Below, piece by piece: positions 9,945-21,377 of a stretch of DNA of 64,000 nucleotides. The stretch comes from Azolla caroliniana. Lineage: Eukaryota; Plantae; Polypodiophyta. The notes under the pieces are model-generated. The model was not told where the DNA came from. It made no database searches and was given only the letters and a program-made list of their open reading frames with translations. Position 1 is the first letter of the stretch. The number at the start of each line of letters is the position of its first letter. The position numbers and the translations under genes were made by a program. The DNA is taken from positions 4,216,001 through 4,280,000 of the forward strand of contig JBHGNT010000009.1 in assembly GCA_043228905.1 (NCBI GenBank), given 5' to 3'.

Positions 9945-11076
9945 TGTAAAAATAAATATGCGGAAGCTTAAGACAAAACCGGCTCAACCGGATAGCAACA
10001 GAATATAGACACAGGTTTGATGGAAACCTTACACGGGAGAAATAGAGATAGAGCATAACAACATAAACTAAATTAGAAAACTAACACTTTGTACATACAA
10101 TGTGCTCAACAACACTATTCATACAAGTCCTTGAGGGACTGATTGAAGTACTGACATGTACTTCAATGCTCGTACTGAGCCCATGACACTAACTACAAGA
10201 ACATTAACTACCTAGTAGTCTAAAACCGCAAGCCTCTAACAGTGTACTGGTTCACATGCGAGTCCGACTCTTGGTTCTGGATGCTATCCGGATACGATCC
10301 GGCTCTGGCTTATTCAGCCGATCCAGATCTGGTTGAGCTTGTTCGTTCAACACTTCCCTTCAAGCTCAACTTGAGGTCGGATCGTTGTGTTAGTGGCAGC
10401 TGGTGCTCTCCTTCGGCTCCTACTTGCGCTCATGTGCCTTACTCACGCTCCTTGTCCAGTCCGGGTCCTCTTTCCTTGACTTGTCCGGTTCTGCGCTCCT
10501 ACACCTTCTCGGTTGGCTTGTCTACTCCTTTGGCCCTTATCAAGTCCCTTGTTGTCACGGTGTTGGTGCCCCTCGACCCATCGGCTCTTCCATCTCGGCG
10601 TTGATTTCGGCTACCTTTTTGTCCGCTTGGCCCATCTTAGATTTGACTTCTCCGAATCAAACATTTTGATTGAATCGAGTGAACTTGATTCATTTCTACT
10701 CTCAACCGAATCGGATGTCTCCAATTCATTCTTTTCCTTATCAGAGTTGGCTGTCTCCAACTGGCCTCCTATTTCCAGACCTTTGACGACATCATACCAT
10801 GTCTGTGTCTCGGTCTTTCCGGATATGCCTCTTCCTTCTGCGGTTGGCTCCGACTTGGACTCTTCATTCCGGTGGTTCCCTGTGCGTCCAGTCTCGGCTT
10901 CTTCAGCCGACCCATGCACTCCGACTTCTTTAGTTAGGCCGAAGTCAAAATTGGTTTCTAACTCGGCTTTTCGGTCGTCTTTCTCATTCCTCCCCCTCAA
11001 GTTTGGAATATCGAGGTATTGCACACCTAGTGCACCAGAAAAGTTTCGCAACTTGTCTAAGCTGAGGGGCTTGGCG
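9945..11076 (-). mobile_element. C3: 3' end of a second copia family (RNase H end, extension, PPT, 3' LTR at 9945-10352)
   Basis: The minus strand reads AKPLSLDKLRNFSGALG, resembling a copia RNase H terminus. PPT TTGAAGGGAAG (10363-10353) is followed by TGTTGA...TTTACA (408 bp). Confidence 0.72.
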
Positions 11077-11201
11077 TGTTAGGAATAGTACTAAAATAGA
11101 GAGAGAATTAGTACTGGAGAATGGAAGTACTATTAGTACTAAGAGGAGGGGATTGCGTAAGAATCTCGAGAGAGGAAAGAGAAGAGGAGAGAGATAGCGA
11201 G

Positions 11202-11204
<3 letters not shown>

Positions 11205-11253
<49 letters not shown>
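11205..11253. repeat. (GA)n microsatellite inside the G4 LTR
   Basis: Perfect GA run. Confidence 0.95.
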
Positions 11254-11258
<5 letters not shown>

Positions 11259-12432
11259 GATAATAGATGATATATTATACGAAGAGTAAGTACAAGATTG
11301 CTATGAGGCTTAATACTGGCGTTGAACCAATTTGGTTCAACATAATGCCTTGTGCCTCCTTTTATAGTGTTCTTAGGAGGAGTCCTGAAGCTTCTAGAAT
11401 GTTCCAGAGAAATCTAGAATATACATTAATTTCCTGTAATAAAACTTAAATGAAAATAATATCCTACGTATTACAATAAATGGTATAATGGTCAAGAGCT
11501 CGACCCATATAACATAAGGTCATGGGTTCGAGTCTTGCCATATCATGACACTATCTACCCCCCTTAAGACGACGAGTGTAGCGAGTCGACGTTGATTAAG
11601 GACCGGGTTTGTCCGGATACTGTCGGTGGAAATCAGCAAGAAGATCCTAAGCATTGGCGACATGCTCGACGGGTTCCCAAGTATGTTCGGTCAGATTATA
11701 GCTAAGCCAATCGACCAAATAATAAAGTTTGTTGCAAACAAATTTGGAGTCGAGGACGACATCAACTTCATACTCCGGGCCGGCGTCTAACTCAAGTGGG
11801 GGTGGCGATGGTGTAACACGATTGGGAATAGTGTTTTCTTTATAAGGTTCAAGAAGAGAACTATGGAAGACTAGATGTATCTGAAGATGCGGAGGAAGAT
11901 CAAGGCGGAATGTGACATCATTAACCTTACTAGTAATATGGAAAGGACCGAGTCGTCAATAATCCAACTTGTCGCACAGTCAAGTAGTCTTGATGTGACG
12001 ACGTAAGAGCCATACTCGATCTCCGATGGCAAAAGAGGAGGGAAGCCGATGAAGATCTGCATAAGTCTTTTGTGTGTGTTGAGCATGATGAAGATGAGTA
12101 GAGAGATCCATCTGGATCTTGCGTAGCCTCTCCAAATGATCCTCGGCACGAGGATTGGTAGGTACCTCTGGGGTGTCGATCACAGACCAGTGAGGATGAG
12201 AACCAGTATAAATGCATAAAATGGGGAGACCTAAGTCGAGGAGTGAATAACGTTATTATAAGCAAAATCCGCAAAGTGGAGAATATCAACCCAGTCGTCC
12301 TGTTGATAACTCACAAAACACCGGAGGTATTGTTCCATCGTTTGATTTGTTCGTTCCGCCTGCCCATCGTTCTGGGGATGGTAGCCATAGGAGAGGTTAC
12401 AAGAGACCTTGAGCATGTTGAGAAATAGTTTC

Positions 12433-12998
12433 GGAATTTAAATCACAATGAACAGACAATGCTAAAATATGAATTACAGAAAAAAAAGATAGACAACTAT
12501 GCACAGAGATTTACATGGAAACCCTAAAACGGGAGAAAACCACGGGAATAGATCTTCACTATGGATAGTGGATATACAAAACTGAGAGGATTACAAACTC
12601 TGTCGAGTGTATCAGCCACATAGGGCTCTTCACGTCTACTGTTACTCACACAGCTGTGCCGCGACGCACACACTTCTATCTCACACTCACACTTATGACT
12701 TGTCTATTCTACCTCTTAAAGTTTGCCCTAGTTGCATATATACTTACACAACTTTCTGGCTATTTACATACCTAGCCCTCATGGGGCGCATATTGAGACT
12801 ATTTTCAAGTATAGTCTCCCAAGTATAGTCCCTCATCAACTCAACTCCTCTCTCTCCCCATCCGGAGTGACCTATTTCCTAACATCATCATTATTATTAC
12901 AATAATAATAATAATAATAGTCAAATTCTCAAACAGTCGAATCACTGTTTTCGACCCTTTGACAGTCGGCTTTCCGAACAGTCGGCTCTTCCTCCCAC
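12433..12998 (-). mobile_element. Composite insertion of LTR-derived fragments inside the G4 integrase (copia-type LTR remnant plus an unassigned AT-rich piece)
   Basis: Interrupts HGLPDSIIS...KLFLNMLKV. Contains TGGAAACCCTAAAACGGGAGAAAACCACGGG, shared with the copia LTRs here. Termini and TSD are not resolved. Confidence 0.55.
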
Positions 12999-14278
12999 TG
13001 ATGATACTGTCTGGGAGGCCATGGTGCCAAAATACCTCACGCATGACAAGGGCGGCAGTTTCCTCACTAGTGATGGCCTTAGTACACGACATAAAATGTG
13101 CCATCTTAGTATATTGATCAACGATGGTGAAGATAGCATCAAAACCCTTCGAGATCGGCAGATCTGTGATAAAATCAAGACAAATAGACTGCCACGGCTT
13201 ACTTGGAATCAGGGCAGCAAGCATCACAGGTCCGAATGTAGTTGTCAACAAAACCTCGCATATGGTGCCACCAAAAGGATCGTTGAACTAGATCCAACGT
13301 CTTCGTACTAGCGAAATGTCCCGCTGTATGGGTGTTGTGACAAATTTGGACGATTTGAAGGCGACAGGAGCAATCAGGAACATATACGAGCTTTTTAAAG
13401 AACAATAAACCATCATGATATTTGAATTTTCGGTAGTCCATATCTGGTTGTTGAGACTAGGAACAAGATGCCAGAGAGGTATCAATGTGCGCTAGAATGG
13501 CTTGAGCAAAACTGTCCGTCTTCAAGTTAGCACGTATGGCATCAATAATTTGAGAATCTAGTGGAGTGTGAAAAATCCGCGTTGTGTGCAAACGTGTTGG
13601 TCCCAAGATTACCTGCTTTTCATTATCAAATGCTGGATCACCAAGACGAGGTGCAAGATATGAACACCGCAATAGTGCATCTGCTTTTCCTTGCTGCTTC
13701 CCCGGTCGATATGTGATTTTGAAGTCAAAACGTGTGAGGAATTTGGCCCACCGAGCTTGCCGGCGATTTAGTACACGAGCGTTCTAGAAATAAGCAAGGT
13801 TTTTGTGATCACTGAAGATGATGAACTGATGTGGAGAGCCCTTTAAGAAGTGCCGCCATTGCACAAATGAATCCACGATGGCTAATAACTCCTTGTCATG
13901 TATCTCATAGTTGATTTCGCGCATGGAAAGCCACAATATGTAACTCTTCTTTATCTCCTTGTTGAGAAAGGATGCTACCGAGGGCAAAATCCGATGCATC
14001 GGCCTCCATGATGAATGGTTTGTTTGTATCCACATGAGCTAGAATAGGAGCTGATGTAAAGGCTTTCTTAAGATGCCTAAAAGCCATCTCCACTTCATTG
14101 GACCAAAGAGATGCCCGTCCCTTCTTCGTAAGCTGTGTGAGAGGTAAAATAATCTTCGAGTAATCTTGTATAAACTTGCGGTAGAAGCTAGCAAAACCTA
14201 GGAAACATTGTATATCTCGTAATGAACGTGGATTTTGCCACTGTAGCACAGTTTTGACTTTAGCCGGATCCATGGAGA

Positions 14279-15713
14279 TGTCAAGATTCAAACTCTTGAC
14301 ATGACCATGTTATAATCTAGTATCATGGGTTAACCAATATATCTAATACACAGTTATGTATGTAATTGGTCCTTATTGTTTTGCTAGCATCATGTGCATA
14401 GTTGCTCCCTTGTAGTATTTACACTTGGCACATGCATGCATACCTACATGCTCTATTGTAGATTCACATGCGTGCAACAAGTATGCATGCCATGTAGTAT
14501 AAATAGAGGAGTTCACCTTGAAGGAATTCAAGATGAACAACACCAGTTATGGAGTCTTTCCGTTAATACTACTCATCCATTTGTCTATCTTCTTTCTTGT
14601 CTCTTGAGCTTATGATCTATCCGTGACAGTTTTTTCACCTTCCCATCCTCATAGCTCTCCCTCTCATAAGCCATAACTATGTCCGACTCAACTAGTGAGT
14701 TAGGCCAAATAATGGTAGCCTTACGACAACTCCAGCTTGAAAATGAAGCTCTTCGAAATTCTTTACAAGAACTTCAAGTCGGTGCCTCCCTATCCTCACA
14801 ACCCCCGAATCCTAGTCTCCCACAACAACCTAGCCTAGAGCCCGATCTTCTACGAACATCTAGCCTAGCTTCGTCACATTTTCTTGAGCCTAAGGTTAGC
14901 CTCCCAGAAAAATTTGATGGAACGAGGTCACGTTTCCGAGGGTTCATCAACCAAGTTCAACTTATCATTCAGCTACAACCTCAACGTTATGGAGATGGTC
15001 TTCGACAAGTCGGCCTTGTGGGCACCCTTCTCTTCGGCATTGGTAGAAACCTCGTCACCTCTATTGGAGGACTTTCCCACCTTCCTCGCCGAGTTAGAGG
15101 CCACATTTGGAGAGACGGACCGATGATGTACAACTCTTAACAACATTTATGCACTCGAACAAGGTTTGCGTGCAGCTTTGGTCCATGCTTCAGAATTTCG
15201 ACAACTAGCATGCGACATCAATTGGGATGATCAAGCTCTAGCTGATCACTTTTGGCACGGCCTTCGAAGCAATGTCAAGAATCTTCTCTTAAACTTTCTG
15301 GAGCCCACCTCGTTATCCCAAGAGATTTCACAAGCAGTCCATTGTGACAATCGTCTTTTTGAATTTCGCTAGGAAGAGCGCCAAACTTGGGTTCCACCTC
15401 ATTCACTTCCACGACACGCCCCGGTCATACAATCCCAACGATCCCTCCCATCGACTGCGTCACACTCCCCTACTTTGGTAGATGCTCCTGTCCCCATGGA
15501 AATTGATCAAGCCCGATTTCAGCCATTGACTGATGCCGAACGACAATTTCGGTGGGCTAATGGCTTGTGCATGTATTGTGGCGCCTCCGGTCATGTTGTT
15601 CACCATTGTCCTAGGAGTAATCGCCCACAATTCCATCGAGCTAACGGACCCCAACATCCAGAAAACGACATCGGTCGGTTGTAGTAGGAGCCATGCAACT
15701 AGACATCTCCCGT
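14279..15713 (+). mobile_element. G3: Tcn1/Tf-like gypsy element, 5' LTR (14279-14628) and degenerate gag; cut by E5
   Basis: LTR TGTCAAGA...GTGACA is homologous to the G2 LTRs. gag at 14679-15684 has PEKFDGTRSRFRGFINQ, PVPMEID and a CMYCGASGHVVHHC knuckle. Confidence 0.9.
14679..15684 (+). pseudogene. gag: G3 gag (frameshifted, with stops)
   Basis: Pieces in ORFs 14679-15140, 14884-15126, 15166-15372 and 15475-15684. Confidence 0.85.
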
Positions 15714-16627
15714 TGTCGTGGAGAAAACCGTCCCTAGGCGGAATCAGAGAATAATGTGCGCGAACTGGCCCTTATACGTAGGCACAAGTTTTGTTGTAAT
15801 ATATATATTTAGGTACAAGTCGGCAGATGTGAATATCCTAGGTAGCACGCATTTGTTAGGTAGAAAATCGAGGCGTATCTCTGTTCGAAAGGACAGAGAG
15901 TAAAGATGATGTAACGGGTTGTGAAGGCCTCCCTCCTTAGGCTATAAAAGAGAGGGAGAGAAATCGTAATGGGGATCGCTTTTGTCGAGGATGAAGTGCT
16001 GTCGGACTGGGACCGAACTCTTCTCCTCTGTCTTTCTCTGTATTTGCTCTGTGCAGGTTTTCGGGAGGTCGACTTTGCTCCATGGAACGCCCGAGTGCTT
16101 CCGACCGAGTCTCCATCTCGCGTTTGTGTGTGTGTGTGTGCGTGCATGCGTGCAGGCGTTAGAGCTTGTCGCTCACCAGCCCGCCGGTTGTAACCCCTTT
16201 CATCTGCTATATATATATATACACACACACATACACACATTCATCTTGTCTCAATCGGTTACGGTTTGTGTGTATTTGCGTGTGTGCGAAGCACGACCGT
16301 TGTCTTTCTTGTTCCCCTCCTGCTCTCTTTTTCCTCGGTCCAAGACCCTCGTGGTCCCGCCTTGTTCTTGTTAGGATCTCGGTCCCACCGGATGGGATAT
16401 GCAGGCCCGACATCGGAAGACCCGGTGAGAACCGGATGTTGCAGGCCTGGTGAGAACATCTCACCGGATGAAGGGACATATATGTAAATATGTTCTAGAG
16501 AGCCCACTAGGGCTATATTTGTAAATAGCCGAAAGTCATATTAGTATAAATATGACTTAGGGCAAACCTTTGTTAGTGAGTTGGTTGTGTCATTATCGTT
16601 GTGGTGATAATTCAGAGCGTAATTGTG

Positions 16628-16630
<3 letters not shown>

Positions 16631-16682
<52 letters not shown>
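16631..16682. repeat. (AG)n microsatellite in the C2 5' LTR (shorter copy at ~21347-21373 in the 3' LTR)
   Basis: Perfect AG run whose length differs between the two LTRs. Confidence 0.95.
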
Positions 16683-16685
<3 letters not shown>

Positions 16686-16990
16686 GAGGTTGTTGCCTTT
16701 GTTGTAACTGCCTGGTGGCGAAGCGAGGGAGCAAGAGGTCGTTGCCTCTATGCCCCATTGTTGTAATCTTGACATAGTGATATTTTGCAGTCTAAGGGCT
16801 GCTGTGGTTTTTCCCATATTTGGGTTTTCCACGTTAACATCCAGTGCACTCTCTTCTTTACTGTTTCGTGTGTAGATACATCTCTCCACATCCCTGTTTT
16901 TTGTGATTGATCTAACGTCTCTGTTGTGGCCGAGCATAGCTTAGGAGAGCGTATTCCTATCAATTTGGTATCAGAGCGAAAACACAGAAA

Positions 16991-19900
16991 ATGGAAGGAG
17001 GCGGGAGTGGACTCCCGGGAATGATGGTTCTTAACTCGCAGAACTATGCTGACTGGGAGATCAAGATGGAAGACCTTCTCATCGTAAAAGACCTGTATGA
17101 ACCGATCGACAGAGCCGAAATACCCAAAGGGGTAGTGGAGTCGGAATGGAAGCTTCTGAATAGAAAAGCCGTGGCCACCATCCGACAATGCGTCGACGTA
17201 AGTGTCCTTCAGCACGTAGCGAACGACACGAATGCCCACGAGATGTGGCAGAAGCTGTCGGGTCTATATGAAAGGAAGAACGCTGTGAACAGAACCTCGC
17301 TGATGAGGAAAATTGTGAACCTGAAGTACCGGGACAGCGAGAGTATGGTTGAACACGTCAGCACATTTATGGGGTATGTAAATCAACTTGCGGCGATCAA
17401 GTTCCCCTTGGATGATGCGATGCAAGAAATCATGCTGATGTGTACCTTGCCAGAAAGCTGGGAGAACTTGGTGGTTACTCTCATCACCTCTTGCCAAGAA
17501 GAGAACTTGTCTTTACAGATGGTGAAGACAAGTATCCTGAACAAAGAGGCACGTTGGAGAGACAAGGACTCGAACCCCGACTCAAAGGCGCTTCTTACCG
17601 AATCGGAATGCGGAAGACAAAGGAACCAGAGTCCCCAGAACCGGGAAAAATTGGGGACACGATGAAAGTCAAGGGGGAAGCCCACTTGCTTCTACTACGG
17701 GAAGCCGGGGCACTTCCAGAAGAACTATCGGCATTTCCGGAAGGATAAGGAAACCGACAGTACCGATTCGAAGAAGTCACTGGAACGAAACGGTGCTTAC
17801 AATGAAGCCACGGACCGAAGTGGTTTGGATCGGCGAGGGCAGGACCGGAAAGGAACGACGGCAATTGCGGCAAGTGAAGAGGAGATGATGCTCATCACCG
17901 AAGAGAGTGAGCTAAAACATTGCCGACGAAGAGACGACCTGGGTGGTCGACTCCGGAGCGTCTTTCCACCTGACCCCGGATAGGAAATACTTCTCATCCT
18001 ACACAACCGGTGATCACGACCGCGCCCGGATGGGGAATGAAGGTACATGCCGAATTGTCGGCATAGGAGACGTGTGGTTGTCAACACCCACCGGATGCAA
18101 AATGCTGCTGAAAGACGTCTGACACGTTCCGGAGGTTCGATTGAACCTAATATCGGCTGGTAGGCTAGATGATGAAGGCTACACGGGTAGCATCCGGAAC
18201 GGTATTATGAAGTTCAGCAAAGGGAGCCTGATTGTGGTTCGGGCCCGGAAAGTCAACACTCTGTACCTAATGAATGCCCGGTTATCTCCGGAGGAAGTGA
18301 ACGTAGCATTCGACATTGCCGGTGAGCTGTGGCACAAGAGGCTGTGTCACATGAGTGAGAAGGGGATGAAGAGGCTTGCAGACGACAACCTCATTCTAGT
18401 GAAGAACGTGCACTTGGAGAAGTGCATTGATTGTCTGGTTGGTAAACAAAACCAGACCTCCTTCTGATCGAGGCCACCGATGAGACGTAATGCACCACTG
18501 GAGTTGGTGCATACTGATGTGTGTCAAGTGGACACGAAGTCACATGCCGGATCGCAGTACTTCGTGACGTTCATAGACGACCACAGCCGGAAGCTGTGGG
18601 CCAGATCGTTGAAGACGAAGGATCAGGTGCTATCCGTCTTCAAAGAGCTCCACGTGAGAGTGGAAAGAGAAACTGACCGGAAGCTGTAGGCGGTTCGAGC
18701 AAATAACAGAGGAGAATACCGGGGGCAGTTCGAGGAGTACTGTTGCTCGAAGGGAATCTGGCTCGAATTTACCGTGCCAAAGACGCCGGAACTAAACGGG
18801 CTGGCCGAGAGGATGAACTGGACCATAATGGAGAGGGTCCGGAGTATGCTGGCGCATGCAAAATTACCCAAGACGTTTTGGGCTGAGGCATTGTCGACGG
18901 CGACATATGTGATAAACAGATCACCCTCAGTACCCTTGGACGGAGACACGCCGTAGAGAGTCTGGAACGGTAAGGAAGTGTCCTATCGGCATTTGAAGGT
19001 ATTTGGGTGTCTTGTGTACGTGCATGTAGCTAAGGACCGGAGAGGAAATTTAGATCTGAAGACCCGACCATGCATATTCCTCGGTTACGACGACGATGAG
19101 TTCGGCTACCGAGTGTGGGACCCGGTCGACCAGAAAGTATTCCGGAGTCGAGATATTATCTTCATGGAGGACAAGACGCTCATCGACTGGGAGTTGGAGA
19201 AGAAGATAATGAACTCCGAGTCGAACAGTAAGGAAAAATTTCGATATGATGAAACACAGTTCCAACCGGCAAGATGCCGGTTAGCACTCGATGAACTGGC
19301 CGGTGACGGTGAGGAGACAAAACCGGCCGAAGAAGAAGGAATAGGAGAAACCGAAACCGGACAAGACCCCGAATCGGATTCGGGTGAAGAGCAAATGGAG
19401 GTGCCAGTTACTGAAGCACAAGGACGCAGATATCCTATTAGAGAGAGAAGGGACCCCCGGAGATTTCTGGATCCAGAGCATGTGTTGCTAACCGATGAGG
19501 GGGAGCCAGAAAACTTTGAGGAAGCTAAAAGTGACGCCCACAATCGCAAATGGTTAAGTGCCATGCAAGATGAGATGGATTCCCAGCATGAGAACCATAC
19601 GTACTATTTGGTGGAGTTGCCGAAAGGAAAGTGGGCACTCCGAAACAAATGGGTGTACAAGTTGAAACCGGGAGATGTCGGCAACCCCTCGAGATACAAA
19701 GCCAGGATTGTGGTGAAGGGATTCCAGTAGAAGAAGGGCATGGACTTCGACGAGTTATTTGCCCTGGTAGTAAAGATGACTTCCATCTGGACGGTGCTGA
19801 GTGTAGCTGCAAGCATGGACCTCGAGGTAGAGCAGTTAGACGTGAAGACGACGTTCCTCCACGACGACCTCGAAGAGGATATCTACATGCAGCAACCGGA

Positions 19901-21074
19901 GGGATTTGTGGAGAAAGGGAAGGAGCACCTAGTTTTCCGGTTAAAAAAGAGCCTCTATGGGTTGAAGCAGGCTCCTTGGAAATGGTACCGGAAGTTCGAC
20001 ACCTTCATGACCAATCAAGGGTACCACAAGACGCAGGGCAATCACTGCGTATTTGTGAAGAAGTTCGAAGGTGGAGTCTTCCTGATACTCCTCTTGTACG
20101 TGGACGACATGTTGATCGTCGAACGAGACCAAGTCAAGATACGGATGCTGAAGAAGGCCCTGAATTGGACCTTCTCAATGAAAGACCTGGGTCCGGTAAG
20201 ACAGATGCTGGGGATGTATATCATTCGGGACCGGCCAACGAAGCAATCGTTGTTGTCACAAGAGAAGTATGTGACAAAGGTGCTTCAACAGTTCAACATG
20301 TCAGATGCGAAACCAGTCGGATCGACACTTCCGACAAACTGCAGGTTATCCGGTAAGCTAAGCCCGAAGACGAAGGCAGAGAAGGAGGATATGATGAAGA
20401 TACCATATGCCTCTACCGTTGGGAGCCTAATGTACGCAATGGTGTGTACCCGACCGGATTTCAGATACGCAGTCAGAGTGGTGAGCCGGTTTATGAGCAA
20501 TTCTAGCAAGGAGCACTGGAATGCGGTCAAATGGATACTCTGATACTTGAAGGGCACTTCGAATATGTGTCTCCGATTCGGCTCCGGTAAGCCTCAACTT
20601 GACGGTTTTACCGATTCGGATATGTCGGCTGATGTGGATACTAGCCGGTCTAAATTTGGGTATGTAATGACATATGCAGGGGGAGCTGTTTCGTGGTAGT
20701 CGAGGCTGCAGAAGATGGTTGCGTTGTCAACCACAGAGGCGGAGTACATGGCGGCTATGGAAGCCGGCAAGGAAATACTATGGATGAAGGACTTCATCGA
20801 AGAGCGAGGGATCCGACAAGAGGAATACCGGCTCTATTGTGATAGTCAAAGTGCCATCCACCTTGTGAAGAACGCAGCGTATCATTCCAGGACGAAGCAC
20901 ATCCAGCGGAGGTACCACTCGATTCGGGAGCGAGTAGAAGACTGAGAGTTCGTGTTGACGAAGATCCACACGGAGGAGAATGGGTCGGATATGCTGACCA
21001 AGGTGCTGACACCCAACAAGCTAGACGCATGCCGGAAGCGGATCAGATTGACGAGGCATCCCATACCGGAGTGA
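16991..21074 (+). pseudogene. gag-pol: C2 gag-pol with multiple stops and frameshifts
   Basis: Copia domain order Gag-PR-IN-RT-RH across ORFs 16991-17665, 18141-18467, 18480-18689, 18774-18956, 18978-19730, 19740-20543 and 20715-20945; LLYVDDM. Confidence 0.92.
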
Positions 21075-21343
21075 AGGGGGAGTTTGTTAGGATCTCGGTC
21101 CCTCCGGATGGGATATGCAGGCCTGACATCGGAAGACCCGATGAGAACTGGATGTTGAAGGCCCGGTGAGAACCTCTCACCGGATGAAGGGACATATATG
21201 TAAATATGTTCCAAAGAGCCCACTGGGGCTATGTTTGTAAATAGCCAAAAGTCATATTAGTATAAATATGACTTAGGGCAAACGTTTGTTAGTTAGTTGG
21301 TTGTGTCATTATCGTTGTGGCGATAATTCAGAGTGTAATTGTG

Positions 21344-21377
<34 letters not shown>

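Larger units (their letters stand above)
11077..14278 (-). mobile_element. G4: degenerate Tcn1/Tf-like chromovirus, 3' half (RT end, RNase H, integrase, chromodomain, 3' LTR at 11077-11550)
   Basis: [11 protein letters not shown] and [11 protein letters not shown] RNase H, GHF...CDAC and LDFITDLP integrase, YEVDVVLDS...YLVDW...TWEP chromodomain at ~11600-11775, PPT AAGGGGGGTAG. LTR TGTCATG...CCTAACA. Many stops and frameshifts. Confidence 0.87.

Noticed and set aside
11481-11540. A genuine tRNA gene
   Set aside because: No convincing acceptor or anticodon stems, and it lies inside an LTR. Kept only as a tRNA-like motif.
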